Shown: positions 20,872-31,865 of the stretch, piece after piece
Numbering within the stretch: the first letter of the stretch is position 1
How the letters are laid out: every line of letters starts with the position of its first letter
DNA from: Porphyridium purpureum
Lineage: Eukaryota
DNA length: 64,000 nt
Reading direction: 5' to 3'
Assembly: GCA_008690995.1 (NCBI GenBank)
Contig: VRMN01000001.1
Coordinates: 806,001-870,000 of the forward strand
Position numbers and translations under genes: made by a program
The notes under the pieces: model-generated
Database searches by the model: none
Told to the model about the DNA's origin: nothing
Seen by the model: only the letters and a program-made list of their open reading frames with translations

Positions 20872-22962
20872 ATGGAGACTTCACGGGCGTCAAGGACGGC
20901 CTCGTCGCTTGTCCTGCCGCGATACAATGCACGAAGATGCGCTTCGTGTTCCGGCCTTTTGCCATGGTGGCTCCTGATGGGCGCAATCGTCGCGTCCTTG
21001 GTCGTCCATGTGGACGGCTGGCAATGGCCCTTTCCAGCGCCGTCCGAAGAGCTTGCCCAACTGGAACGTGACGCAGGGCTCTGCATTGACGAGCTAGCGA
21101 ATGCAAGTAGAGCCGCGATCAAAAGGCATGTGTTCAGTGACATCGAGGACGTTGACGATAATGTCGTGCGCGTGCTTGTTGTGATGCCGGGCAAGCCGGC
21201 AAGCATGCGTGACCGGACGCTTTGGGAGTTTGTCGCAGCACTAATTGAACGGAAGGGCTGCACATCTGCAGAATCGCGCACTCAGTCGACACGGCATTTC
21301 CGCGCCATGGTCGCTGTGAGCGGCGCCGATGAGGAAGCGCGAGAATGCGAGCGACTTGCGAGCGAACACGGAGTGGCGCACGCGGTCCAGTGCGTTCCTG
21401 GCGGCGCGATCACCCTCGATACATGTCTATGGCATCGTGACACACGCTTTCGTACTCTGCTGCAAGATGACGCTGCGGATACGCGACTCAAGATTGAGAA
21501 GGAGGCTGTGAGGTCATTTGAGGTGTTGCACGATCTACTCAGAAGCCTAGCCGATCAGGATCTCCTACCGCATCTCGCGCTTGTGGACTCAAAGAGCATT
21601 GGGTCAATCCTCGCATTGCATCAGAAGCTTTCGCCCCGTCAAGTGATTGTTAGTCACGCATCACTATTAGGGGGATTCCGGGAGCCCATGGAGGGCATGT
21701 TTTTGCCCCGCTATCTACCCATTCACGGTCATCTTCGTGAATACCCCATCGGGCTCATGTTTGCACAGCCGACCTTTCATGTGCTTGCGTGGCTGGCACG
21801 ACAATCTCTGCGACGGCATTTGAATTCTGCGTTCCTGAAAGCCAAGGTGGGCAGTGTGGGCGCGTTCGGGTCCGTTGTCGTACCGCCTACTCCAGTTGTA
21901 TCATCGCTCTCCGAGCTGTACAGCAACTCGACGCTGCTTCTGAACACTGTCTTTGGGATTGAATACTGCTTTCCGCAGACGGGACTCGACAACATGATCA
22001 TCACTGGAGCATGGCTGCCGTCTTCGTCACGGCCGCCCGTCATCGACCCACCTAGTCTGCGCGGCGACATCATTGTGTGGTTTCACAGTGAATTGGACAT
22101 GCCCGAATTTATGATTCGTAAAGTGCGTCGGGCAGTCTGCAGCTGGCGCTCCACGGCAAACGACGCACCCCACGTCGTCACCTGGCTGCTGTCCAACTCA
22201 AGTCTAGCAGCATCGGTGTCAGTATTCGAAAGATCGATCGAGGAGCTCTTGCGCGATGGTTCTGAATGCGATGCCTCGAACGTCCGTCTGCAGTTTGAAT
22301 GGCTGAGTCATGTGGAAGACTTGAGCGCGCGACTAGAATTCTGCGCTCCTTCCGTGTTCATCTCATCCTGTGGGTTGGATGCCGCTCATGTAGCGCTCGC
22401 GCAGGCCATCCCGCTGCTGTGCATGCCGCTGGAGAGCGAGCAGTTGGACGTGGCGTTTCGGCTGTACGACGCTGGCGTTGCGGAGATTGCGCGCGTGGAA
22501 GAAGGTACAGAGTCAGCGGAAATAATCTCTTCTTTGAATGTGCTCCGTTCTGTTGATGCCGATACGATGCGTGACCTTGCTCAGCTCCTGACCAACGCAG
22601 ACCCCGTGGGAACATTTCTGTGTGCAGTGGATGAACTGCTGGACGAACCTGATCGGTCCCTTCGCTTACCAGACCATGACGCATGGGGCCGAAGTCACTT
22701 GTCTGTTCCAGCCGCATTACAGGATCGCGTCTGCACGAGGCAACTGCACGGCATCCATGCCGGAAGCCCGCGCTGGTTGCTTTGGTGGACGCTCGGCTGT
22801 GCGGGTCCATTATTCTTCCTCTTCTTTGCTGTGCAGCGGTCTCTGCGCAGATTGTCGCACGACGCCTACACCTGGCTCTCCCGAACGCGCCACAACGTGC
22901 TCGCCTGGCGCGACGCCCGTGTCGTGCGTGCCACGAGCGCACGTGAACGCAAGACCCAATAG
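20872..22962 (+). CDS. UDP-glycosyltransferase (GT1/UGT)-like membrane protein with a divergent signature
   Basis: FISSCGLDAAHVALAQAIPLLCMPLESEQLDVA aligns with the UGT signature FITHGGxNSxxEAxxxGVPxxxxPxxxDQxxNA. Hydrophobic segments at both ends. Confidence 0.6.
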   Translation: METSRASRTASSLVLPRYNARRCASCSGLLPWWLLMGAIVASLVVHVDGWQWPFPAPSEELAQLERDAGLCIDELANASRAAIKRHVFSDIEDVDDNVVRVLVVMPGKPASMRDRTLWEFVAALIERKGCTSAESRTQSTRHFRAMVAVSGADEEARECERLASEHGVAHAVQCVPGGAITLDTCLWHRDTRFRTLLQDDAADTRLKIEKEAVRSFEVLHDLLRSLADQDLLPHLALVDSKSIGSILALHQKLSPRQVIVSHASLLGGFREPMEGMFLPRYLPIHGHLREYPIGLMFAQPTFHVLAWLARQSLRRHLNSAFLKAKVGSVGAFGSVVVPPTPVVSSLSELYSNSTLLLNTVFGIEYCFPQTGLDNMIITGAWLPSSSRPPVIDPPSLRGDIIVWFHSELDMPEFMIRKVRRAVCSWRSTANDAPHVVTWLLSNSSLAASVSVFERSIEELLRDGSECDASNVRLQFEWLSHVEDLSARLEFCAPSVFISSCGLDAAHVALAQAIPLLCMPLESEQLDVAFRLYDAGVAEIARVEEGTESAEIISSLNVLRSVDADTMRDLAQLLTNADPVGTFLCAVDELLDEPDRSLRLPDHDAWGRSHLSVPAALQDRVCTRQLHGIHAGSPRWLLWWTLGCAGPLFFLFFAVQRSLRRLSHDAYTWLSRTRHNVLAWRDARVVRATSARERKTQ

Positions 22963-23291
22963 TCCGACCGAGCTCCAACATTAAATAGTCCAATCTGCGC
23001 CCGCACCTGCACCGTACACACTGTACACCTCACCAAGTTCTATTTTAGGTATTGGAAGCGCGACAGGAACGCCCGACACGCGCGCAGCAGCGTGGGGCCT
23101 CAGTGGACTGCTCTCGAACGAGCGGCAGGGCGAACAAGGGAGCGGGGACGGAGTGTGCGGCTGTTGTCCGGGGGGGAGAGCGCGCGGGGCACTCTCGACG
23201 TTGTACCCCGCCGGCTGAGACAAAGGGCGAGGCGGCTCGCGGGTTGTTGTTGCCGGGCAACCGGGGCGCCGGCGCTCCGCCTGCGGAAAAC

Positions 23292-24977
23292 ATGGAGAGG
23301 AGTATTCTGGACCAGAGCACCTCGACGATGAATGCGAGTTCGTCCTCGATAGGTATGGTCAAGCGGTTTGCGGATCGAGGGGCAGGCATAGAATATGAAG
23401 ACTTTGAGGAAGAGCACCGCGATGATGACGTGCCAGACCCGGTGACGGAGCATGAACCGCTGACGGAACCGCTGATGGAGCCATTGACGGAACCGTTGGC
23501 GGAATCGCTGACGGGACGAATGTCGGAACCACCGTCGGAACCCCCGTCGGAACCCCCGTCAGAACCACCTTCGGAACCCCCGTCGGAACCACCTTCGGAA
23601 CCACCTTCGGAACCACCTTCGGAACCACCGTCGGAACCCGAGACCAAACCACTGCCAGAACCGCAGCCCGAGCCCAAGCCCGAGCCCAAGCCCGAGCCTA
23701 AGCCAGGGCAAGGGCGGGCATCGAATCCGGCAAACCAGGAAGGGCCGCCGGATAGAGGGGACTCAGAGTATCAGCGACAGACGAAGCCTAGGATGAGGTT
23801 GCAAGCAGCGATGCTGTCTCCACACGCACAGAGTCACGGAAGTAGTCTCAACGGCGTGCTAGACGACGAAGAAACTTCCTTTCCGGCGCCCGGTCGAGTG
23901 AGCCTTGACCTCAGAAGCCTGTCCAGTATGCAGCTAGCAGAAAAGGAAGAGCGCTTTGTCGAAATGCTTGCACCTGGACACATCCGTGCTGAGATGGGCA
24001 GTCTTGCGGGCCTGAGGTCACGGCCACAGGCAACGACTGGCTCGTTGGACTCGTCGATCGATAAAGATGCGGGCGAAACAGAGCAAGCAACCAGCGAAAC
24101 ACAACCTCCAGCAGCTGCTGAAGAGGCAGCAGACATCTTGAAACCAGAAGCTGTGCCGACATCAACGCTTAAGTCCAGCGCTTCTCCCGTACCGGATCCT
24201 CCGACGCACGTCGGTGCAGGTGGCACCGCCGGAGACAAAAAGGAAACAATGATTCCGCGATCGAAAAGCAAACCTCGTTCGGAAGCAAGTTTGAGCCGTG
24301 AGAACACAGCTGAGAAAGATGCGAGCACGCCGACGCGGTTGCGCAAACTGACCAAGGTTTTCCGGTCAAAAACGGACGAGGACTTGGCCTCTCGCACGAC
24401 GCACCAGCCAAGCTCTGCGAGTTTGGCCCTCAAAGAAATGCAAAAACAGCAGAAGCGGCGGGAGACTAAGATTCGAAGCATTGATGAGGCGCAGCGAAAC
24501 ACATTTTCGTTTCTGTCCGGGATGACCGCACTGGAAGTGCATGAACACATCAAGCGTATTCTTGGCGAGCTGCATATTGCATTCCTGGCGTCGGATAACA
24601 TGATACGGGCCGCGTTTATGGTGGACGACCACAATCATGAGATGCGCGTTCTTTTCTACATGTCCCCGGCAAAGCTTATGCATGGCGCGGAGCCGCAAAC
24701 CTCCCAGGCGGCCAAGGTGACAAGCGCAGTATCTCGCAAGATGAGCGCCAGGAGCGAAGGTCCGAAAGAGAATTTCGAAGAGGCTGTGGATGCTGTGCGC
24801 GTTGAGTTGCGGAACATGGCCCAAAGCCGGAAAGACGCAGTATACGCTTCATTTCTTGAATTTTACCGCATGTTTCTGAAACACTTCATACAAAGTGATG
24901 AACAGGCCATTTTGGGTCCTGCCACGCAGGGCTCGAAACTGAAGCGGATTGTAACCAATTCAGCCATGCCCATTTGA
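23292..24977 (+). CDS. Low-complexity Pro/Glu-repeat protein with a possible KA1-like C-terminal domain
   Basis: Long ORF with (SEPP)9 and EPKP repeats. The C-terminal MTALEVHEHIKRILGELHI...VELRN...FLEFYRMF resembles KA1 topology (weak). Confidence 0.6.
   Translation: MERSILDQSTSTMNASSSSIGMVKRFADRGAGIEYEDFEEEHRDDDVPDPVTEHEPLTEPLMEPLTEPLAESLTGRMSEPPSEPPSEPPSEPPSEPPSEPPSEPPSEPPSEPPSEPETKPLPEPQPEPKPEPKPEPKPGQGRASNPANQEGPPDRGDSEYQRQTKPRMRLQAAMLSPHAQSHGSSLNGVLDDEETSFPAPGRVSLDLRSLSSMQLAEKEERFVEMLAPGHIRAEMGSLAGLRSRPQATTGSLDSSIDKDAGETEQATSETQPPAAAEEAADILKPEAVPTSTLKSSASPVPDPPTHVGAGGTAGDKKETMIPRSKSKPRSEASLSRENTAEKDASTPTRLRKLTKVFRSKTDEDLASRTTHQPSSASLALKEMQKQQKRRETKIRSIDEAQRNTFSFLSGMTALEVHEHIKRILGELHIAFLASDNMIRAAFMVDDHNHEMRVLFYMSPAKLMHGAEPQTSQAAKVTSAVSRKMSARSEGPKENFEEAVDAVRVELRNMAQSRKDAVYASFLEFYRMFLKHFIQSDEQAILGPATQGSKLKRIVTNSAMPI
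23454..23706 (+). repeat. Coding 12-bp tandem repeat (EPLT-like, SEPP x9, EPKP)
   Basis: Unit TCGGAACCNCCN at 23523-23639, flanked by related 12-bp units. Confidence 0.95.
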
Positions 24978-25218
24978 TGCGTGTCGTCGAACGTCACCGA
25001 AAGAGCCGGCGAGGCAGAATAGTCCTGCAACGAACGGCTTTGAGCAAAAGTTGGACGATCAAAATCAAGCTGCCTTGGAGGCACGTTTCTGCCTCACAGA
25101 CTCTATTATGAACCCTGTAACCCATCTCGACGAAGGACGGTGTAAAGTCAACTTTGTTTATTGCAGAACGTCTTCCACTACAATGGTCCGCTCACGCGGT
25201 TTTGTGTGCGTGCAAAAC

Positions 25219-27417
25219 TTAGGACAACAGTTTCGCAAACTCCTTGATCTGATCTGGACCACGCACTTCGAGTGGCAACAGTGGCACCCGCGTAACGTGA
25301 AAATCTGAGCCCGGATACAATTCGTCCACTTGGTGCAAATACTTGGCCTGCATCTTTGCGCGCGTCTCAAGCAATGGGATTTTGTCTTCTGTTTTTCTCG
25401 CGACCATCAATTGATTTACAACAACGTTGCGAATATCCAGATCCAGCTCGGCAAGCTGCTGGATCAGGCGCTCAGTTTCATAAACCGACAGCAGTTCGGC
25501 GATGGATACTGCCACGAAGGTGCATCTATCCGGATCGCTTAGCTGGCGGCTAACATCTTCCACCGTGGACTTGAGCTCGCGGATCTTAGAACTGGCAAAA
25601 TCAATAGACGCAGCACCGTTCTGGCCCGGGGGCGCACCTCCCATCGACCCGGCCATCATGGCTATCATCGGACCCATAGGCTCCATAGCGGCGCGCAGAC
25701 TCTCCAGCTTGTCTAGTGCCTGTTCGAGCAGGGCCGGGAACTGCAATAATCGAAGCGTATGTCCAGTCGGCGCAGTATCAAAGACAATCTTCGCGAATTC
25801 CATGTCTGCCACCAACTGCAGCATATGAGCAAACGCAATGGCTTCGTCAATGCCCGGAACAGAAGATGCAATTTCACGCACCGTGTCCTCACCGACGAGC
25901 TGGGGCGGGAGCACCTGGGCCATCAGCATGGCAGCCGACTCCCCGGCTTCGATTTCGAGGGCGTACAGTCGGTCCAGGCCAGACAATTTTTTGGGCGTCG
26001 CACCCACTGCGATTTCTTCCGCAAAGGCGTCCGATAGGTTGTGCGCGGGATCTGTTGAGATAATCAGCACCTTGCCCTGCGTTTCCTCCAGCTGATCGTG
26101 CAGAGCAACCGCCAGGCTGCAACTGGTCGTGGTCTTGCCAACTCCGCCCTTGCCACCAACAAAAATCCACCGCAGTGACTCTTGCTCGACAAGGTTATGC
26201 AGCGATGGCTCGAACATGATGTCATCTGGAGACGGCACATTCGTGCCGCCGGTCATCAGGCAGGTACCAAACTCGCGTAAGCTCGTAATCCCACGCACCT
26301 CGTTGTCAAAAATGGGCACCTGCGTCACGTGAAAGTCTTCGCCATACAATTCGAGCAACTGCGAGACGTACTTCTGCTGTATAGCAACGCGGGCGTCACA
26401 CAGCGCCATGAGCTGCAGATCACGCTGCCGCGCGTCGTTCGCTGTGCGGGAGGCTACGAGCTCCATCGACTCGCCCAGGATCTGATTCAGCACGATGTTC
26501 TTCACATCAATACCGAGCTTGCCGAGCTGCCGAATCATGCGCTCCGTTTCAAAAACAGAGAGATACTCTGGAATTGCCACGGCCACAAAAGTGGTCTTCT
26601 GCGGATCGCGAAACTGGCCCACAACTTCGTCCACAAGCGCGGAGATCTCATTCAGCCGTGATGCGAGCGTTTCCTGCATACTTGGTATCCCCGACGCTCC
26701 GCCTGCACCTCCACCAGCAAGCGCCGAAAGAGACGACATCATCGGTCCGTACTGGTCGTGCAGACTGCGCAGCTTTCTGACAGCCTTCTGAAGAAGCGAC
26801 GGGAAAGCGAGTAGGCGTAACGTGTGGCCAGTAGGTGCAGTGTCGAACAAAAAGCGCTCAAAGTCCATCTTGAGCACACTCTGCATAAGGCCGGCAAAGG
26901 CCAACGCCTCGTCTATGCCAGGCACCATGTCCAGTAACTGGTTCATCATAGACACGGCGCCCTGGTCGCCTGCACCGAGCAGCTGCTGCAGCTCTGGGGG
27001 CAAGATTGCCATCATCTGCTGCCTCTGAGTGTCCGACACGTCTGACCATGTGGAAGCAGTCATACTAGACGCCGCGCCGCCATTTGCGTTGCCATTCATG
27101 AGCCCTGCAGCCGCGCTACGAGTCCCGGCGCGATCAATCTCCACCTCCATAGCACTCAGGCCCGGTACACCTGCCACCGGCGTAGGTGTTGTGCCCATGC
27201 GCTGCGCAAATGCGTCAGACACATTGTGTGCAGGGTCGGTGGAGATCAACAACGTCTTGCGCCCCTTTGAAACTGCGAGGGCATATGCCAGCGAGCACGA
27301 CGTCGTCGTCTTGCCGACCCCGCCCTTCCCTCCGACGAAAATCCACCGTAGCGTTTCCTTGTTCAGAATATTCTCAAGCGTCGCGGCACGCATTGCGCCG
27401 TCTATGGGTGACCCCAT
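25219..27417 (-). CDS. GET3: Tandem (two-domain) GET3/ArsA-family ATPase
   Basis: Two copies each of WIFVGGKGGVGKTTTSCSLA, ISTDPAHN, PGIDEA, FDTAPTGHTLRLL. Confidence 0.93.
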   Translation of the reverse strand: MGSPIDGAMRAATLENILNKETLRWIFVGGKGGVGKTTTSCSLAYALAVSKGRKTLLISTDPAHNVSDAFAQRMGTTPTPVAGVPGLSAMEVEIDRAGTRSAAAGLMNGNANGGAASSMTASTWSDVSDTQRQQMMAILPPELQQLLGAGDQGAVSMMNQLLDMVPGIDEALAFAGLMQSVLKMDFERFLFDTAPTGHTLRLLAFPSLLQKAVRKLRSLHDQYGPMMSSLSALAGGGAGGASGIPSMQETLASRLNEISALVDEVVGQFRDPQKTTFVAVAIPEYLSVFETERMIRQLGKLGIDVKNIVLNQILGESMELVASRTANDARQRDLQLMALCDARVAIQQKYVSQLLELYGEDFHVTQVPIFDNEVRGITSLREFGTCLMTGGTNVPSPDDIMFEPSLHNLVEQESLRWIFVGGKGGVGKTTTSCSLAVALHDQLEETQGKVLIISTDPAHNLSDAFAEEIAVGATPKKLSGLDRLYALEIEAGESAAMLMAQVLPPQLVGEDTVREIASSVPGIDEAIAFAHMLQLVADMEFAKIVFDTAPTGHTLRLLQFPALLEQALDKLESLRAAMEPMGPMIAMMAGSMGGAPPGQNGAASIDFASSKIRELKSTVEDVSRQLSDPDRCTFVAVSIAELLSVYETERLIQQLAELDLDIRNVVVNQLMVARKTEDKIPLLETRAKMQAKYLHQVDELYPGSDFHVTRVPLLPLEVRGPDQIKEFAKLLS

Positions 27418-27555
27418 CGTCTCACGCAACTCAGGCACAGACACACACTTCTACCCCTTCGACAACTCCGCCCTGCCCTCAAAGGGTTTGAAGTCGTGGA
27501 GAACTCGAGCGTGCTGGCGCAAGTTGGCAGCGTTGAAACGCGAGTATTGGTTGCG

Positions 27556-28659
27556 ATGGGAGATAACGAGCGAGTGGCAGAGCACTATAATCGCGTGGAG
27601 CAGCGCGGGCTGAGGGAGCGGCGTGAATCGCGGATCATCCGGCTGCGGAAATTTAACAATTGGGTGAAGGACGTGTTAATCCAGCAATACTCGCGACCGG
27701 GCTACACGGTGCTGGACTTTGCGTGTGGCAAGGGCGGCGACTTGCTCAAATGGCAACGCGCAATGGCGCTGCACTATGTCGGCTGCGACACGGCGTTGGT
27801 GTCTCTACAACAAGCAGTGGGCAGATATAGCGAGATAACGGGGCCAAAGTTTACGTGCTCGCTATTGTGGGGTGATTGCTTTGCGGTGGATTTGGACTCG
27901 TATCTTGAGCCGGGGCTGACCTTTGATCTCGTGAGCTGCCAGTTTGCAATCCACTATGCGTTTGAGAATGAGGCACGCGTACGCCAAATGCTGACAAATG
28001 CGACTGCTCGACTCAAAAAGGGCGGGTACTTTCTGGGCACGACCACAGACTCGAATGTACTGCTCCGCAAACTATACGCGGTGCAACATCTGACATTTGG
28101 AAATCCGGTATACGCGGTCCGTTTTACCGATGAAAATGCGAGAAAGTGCTTTCGGAAGGATCAGCCGTTTGGGCACAAGTATTTCTTCACGTTGGATGAA
28201 CAAGTTGAAGATTGCCCAGAGTTTGTTGTCCACATGCCAGCATTCGCCCGCATTGCCGAGGAATACGGCCTCAAGCTAATCGAGGCAAAGAACCTTCACC
28301 AATTTTGGGTGGATCAGCAAACTGTCGACGCCTCTATGAAAAGTTTTGAGCGGAACAAGGTTCTAGGCCATGACCGCAGTTTTCCTTGCGACGAGTGGGA
28401 CGCAATTTATTTGTACACAACGTTTGTCTTCCAGAAGACTGGTGACATGGCGCCGCTTGGTCTCGGTGCTGTTGATGCTCTGCAGAGGCTCTCTGATTTA
28501 AATGAAGACAAACTCCGCCTGGAGCCGTCTCAGATCATCCGTATGACAGTGCAAGGGTCTATGACAGTCGACGACACCGTGGACAGTGTACCACAAGTGA
28601 ATGCCATGTCGGACTCGCGAGACTCGCCAGAATCGCCGGACTCGAGCAGTAGACCTTGA
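27556..28659 (+). CDS. RNMT: mRNA cap guanine-N7 methyltransferase
   Basis: VAEHYN, SRIIRLRKFNNWVK, VLDFACGKGGDLLKW, SCQFAIHYAFE. Confidence 0.96.
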   Translation: MGDNERVAEHYNRVEQRGLRERRESRIIRLRKFNNWVKDVLIQQYSRPGYTVLDFACGKGGDLLKWQRAMALHYVGCDTALVSLQQAVGRYSEITGPKFTCSLLWGDCFAVDLDSYLEPGLTFDLVSCQFAIHYAFENEARVRQMLTNATARLKKGGYFLGTTTDSNVLLRKLYAVQHLTFGNPVYAVRFTDENARKCFRKDQPFGHKYFFTLDEQVEDCPEFVVHMPAFARIAEEYGLKLIEAKNLHQFWVDQQTVDASMKSFERNKVLGHDRSFPCDEWDAIYLYTTFVFQKTGDMAPLGLGAVDALQRLSDLNEDKLRLEPSQIIRMTVQGSMTVDDTVDSVPQVNAMSDSRDSPESPDSSSRP

Positions 28660-28717
28660 CCGATAGGAGACTCGACATGGTAAAAGCTTTGCGGAAGTAC
28701 ACTTTCACCGCCGCAGA

Positions 28718-29536
28718 TCAACGTGATCGTAGAATTTCTCGCGTGGAGTGTGAAGCGTTGGATTCCACGCTCGAGTACGTAAAACGCCACACACTCAACC
28801 TCTCGATGCCTGTCGTGCGCGTCTCAATGCACTCACCTTGGAAGCCATTCGCCTTCATGAGTTCTGCAATTTGCAGCGGCCGATTCACATCGAGCATCAG
28901 CAAGTACACAAGCCCGCCGTCAGCCATAACGTTCGCGATTTGTTGGACGAAGCGCAGGATCACCTGCGCACCGTTCTCGCCACCAGCCCATGATGCATAG
29001 ATGTCGCGCTGCTCCAGTGCATGAGCAAACTCCTGCTGGTCTGTTGCCACGTAGGGCGGATTGAAGACCAGCACATCAAGTTGCACATGACGTTCAAGTG
29101 AGACACACGATGCAGAACCTGCGCCTGCGCTTGCAACCGCAGACTGGGGCGCTGCCCAGAACTCGAGCAGATCAGCCTGCACAAGCTCTACGTCAGTGAG
29201 CTGGCAGCGACACTGCATCTCACGGAGCTTCGCCATGGCGGCCGAATTGACATCTGTGGCAAAAAACAGTGGGCGGCACTGCGTCAGCTCATCATCGAGC
29301 AGGCGCGCTCGACACTCGTCCGGTGGAGCGCCGCAGGTGCGCTGGGTACACGCCAACGCATGCAGCACAGCGCCCGAACCGCTTCCAAGTTCTACGATCA
29401 CGCTCGCGCCCACGGGCCGAGCACGGCAAGTGGCGCGCAGGCGTGCAAGATCAGCACGGAGCGCGTCGATGAGGAGGTCTGTGTCCTCGCTGGGCGGGTA
29501 AAATTCGGCGGTTTCGTAGGACACACTGTCGCCCAT
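28718..29536 (-). CDS. N6AMT1: HemK-family eRF1 glutamine methyltransferase (N6AMT1/Mtq2)
   Basis: YPPSEDTDLLIDAL, VELGSGSG, VFNPPYV, SWAGGENG. Confidence 0.9.
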   Translation of the reverse strand: MGDSVSYETAEFYPPSEDTDLLIDALRADLARLRATCRARPVGASVIVELGSGSGAVLHALACTQRTCGAPPDECRARLLDDELTQCRPLFFATDVNSAAMAKLREMQCRCQLTDVELVQADLLEFWAAPQSAVASAGAGSASCVSLERHVQLDVLVFNPPYVATDQQEFAHALEQRDIYASWAGGENGAQVILRFVQQIANVMADGGLVYLLMLDVNRPLQIAELMKANGFQGECIETRTTGIERLSVWRFTYSSVESNASHSTREILRSR

Positions 29537-29762
29537 TGCGGTTGCTGGGCGTGCTGCTTTAAATGTTCTCCAAAAGGAAATTTTTGGGACTAGACCGTGA
29601 TGATGTAGAAGGAACCGATAGATAGCTGGCCTTTCCAGCTCCGGCAGAGAAAAGCAGGCCGCAAGTCTCGCAACTCCGATTGCTACACAGTTGGAGGTGT
29701 CGCCGGAACGTCAGGCCAACAAAGGAATAATAGGGAGCTCAAGATTAAGTAACTGTGTGAAT

Positions 29763-30986
29763 CTACACCCAGTCGACCGGGTTTTTCATGCACTCGAGCG
29801 TCTTGGCTTCCCACGAGCCCTCCTCGGGATGGTGGTCGTACTCCCACCGCGCAGTTTCGGGGAGCGACATGAGAATCGATTCAATGCGCCCACCGGTCTT
29901 GAGCCCGAAAATAGTACCGCGATCGTACACCAGATTGAATTCGACGTAACGGCCACGGCGTATTTGCTGCCACTCTTTCTGCTTTGGCGAGTACTCCAAG
30001 TCCTTGCGGCGCTGCACGATGGGAACATACGCGTCCAGAAACGCGTTGCAAGCGTCGGTTGAGAACGCCAGATGCTGCTCCGGGCTGCGGTCGTTGAAGT
30101 CGTCGAAGAAAATCCCGCCCATGCCGCGCATTTCACCGCGATGCGTGATGGTGAAGTATCGGTCGCACCATGCCTTGAACTTGGGGAAGAGCTCCGGATC
30201 ATGCTTGTCGCACACCTTCTTGTACGTTCCGTGGAAATGTTTGATATCGTCCTCGAACAAATACGACGGCGTGAGATCAGTTCCACCGCCAAACCACCAC
30301 ACTCCGCCGTCGGTCTCAAAGTAGCGATAATTAAAGTGGACCGTCGGCGCCATCGGGTTGCGCGGGTGCATCACAGACGAAATGCCGCACGCGAAATAGG
30401 GCACTGGCTCACCCTCCTTGAAGCCTGCATCGCGCGCAACGCCACGTTCGGTCGCGGCCTTGATGGCCTCTGGCGGCATGACGCCGTACACGACACTTAC
30501 GTTGACTCCTGCTTTTTCGAACACGGCGCCATCGGTGAGTACGCGCGCGATTCCGCCGCCGCCGCCGCTGCGCGACCACGCGTCTTGGCGGAACTTGGCC
30601 TTGCCGTCGAGCTTTTCAATGGCGGCGCAGATCTCGTCCTGCGCGGTGCGGATCATACGCTCGAAGCGCACGCGCATGCTCTGCGCGTCTTCCGAGCCAC
30701 TCGCAAGCAGCTCTGGCACCTCATGCGGAGCCAAGTAGGTGTGGTTGCTGAAGAATGCGGCGGATTTCTTGCTCGCGTCTGGCTGCGCGTCGGCGTGCTT
30801 CCCCGCAGACGAGGCGGGCGACGACGTTGTCATCGCGAGGTCCCGCACCGCCGCCTTTCTGCACGTCCGACCGGCGGCCACGCCGACACGCACGGCGCCA
30901 TTCTGACTTGGACCTTGCGCCGAGCGAACCACCGGGCGGACGCACGCACCAGAGCTCACGCCCACAAACCCAACTGGCGTCTTCAT
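29763..30986 (-). CDS. hemF: Oxygen-dependent coproporphyrinogen III oxidase, plastid-targeted
   Basis: [62 protein letters not shown] transit peptide. Confidence 0.98.
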   Translation of the reverse strand: MKTPVGFVGVSSGACVRPVVRSAQGPSQNGAVRVGVAAGRTCRKAAVRDLAMTTSSPASSAGKHADAQPDASKKSAAFFSNHTYLAPHEVPELLASGSEDAQSMRVRFERMIRTAQDEICAAIEKLDGKAKFRQDAWSRSGGGGGIARVLTDGAVFEKAGVNVSVVYGVMPPEAIKAATERGVARDAGFKEGEPVPYFACGISSVMHPRNPMAPTVHFNYRYFETDGGVWWFGGGTDLTPSYLFEDDIKHFHGTYKKVCDKHDPELFPKFKAWCDRYFTITHRGEMRGMGGIFFDDFNDRSPEQHLAFSTDACNAFLDAYVPIVQRRKDLEYSPKQKEWQQIRRGRYVEFNLVYDRGTIFGLKTGGRIESILMSLPETARWEYDHHPEEGSWEAKTLECMKNPVDWV

Positions 30987-31865
30987 CTTCTCTGATCGCT
31001 CTCCTTCCAAATATCTCGCTCACACAGAATAATCCCCTTGCCCCACGTTTCTGCTGCACCCCCACCTCCCAATCTCACAGAGACAAGTGGACCCACCCAC
31101 ACACGTCACTTGCCCTTCAGCGCAGAACCAGTCACCAACTCGCGACCGGTAAGCCTCTACCTCGCTGTCGTCGTCGTCGCGGTGACTGCGTTGCGATATC
31201 TCGTGCCTGTCTGTGTGTATCAACCGCGGCATCACCTCCGCAGACGACATGGCCGCGCGCACGAGCTCACACCCACACACGCGCTTATTGCGGCGCACGG
31301 AAGGAAGCGCGTGTAACCAACATCACAAACTGAGCTCAAAAAACATACAAGCACAAAACGAACAGTACACAAAAGTACACGGAGTCTCTGCAATGCGGCA
31401 TGCAAAAGACATTCCGCATTCCGAACACCGCGCGCTCTTTGTGTCACTCCATTCTGTGCACTTCCTATGAAAAAACAGCAACTGGATTAGGTCAAAACGA
31501 CGCACTGTACACCCCTCTGAGGCATGATCCGCTCGATGCCCAAACTGTGCGACCGGATCGACTTTGATACAGAAACAGAGCGGTTTTGTTATGAGGCGAG
31601 GTGGTTGATAAGGGACGCTGCTGTACTTTTTGAGTGCGGTTTGTTGGTCAAGGGGGAAAACCAAGGTGGGGCTTGATGTGGGGAGGGAGGCGGGTTTGAA
31701 CGGAAGAAGAGCGAACGAGCAGGAAGAGGAGAAGCGGGAAGCGAGTGGGAGTTTGGGAGGGAGGGGAGGGGAGTAGCACGAGTGGAGCGCTGAGGTAGGG
31801 TACGGCGACAAGGTGTGTGTTTGTGATTTTGTGTGTGACACGGGTACTGAGAAGGGGTGCCCCGG

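Noticed and set aside
23523..23639. Regular short repeats as a possible CRISPR array
   Set aside because: Head-to-tail 12-bp coding repeat without spacers, in a eukaryotic gene.
29596..29720. GTGATGA box C-like motif, possible C/D snoRNA
   Set aside because: No convincing box D or terminal stem and no recognisable rRNA guide.
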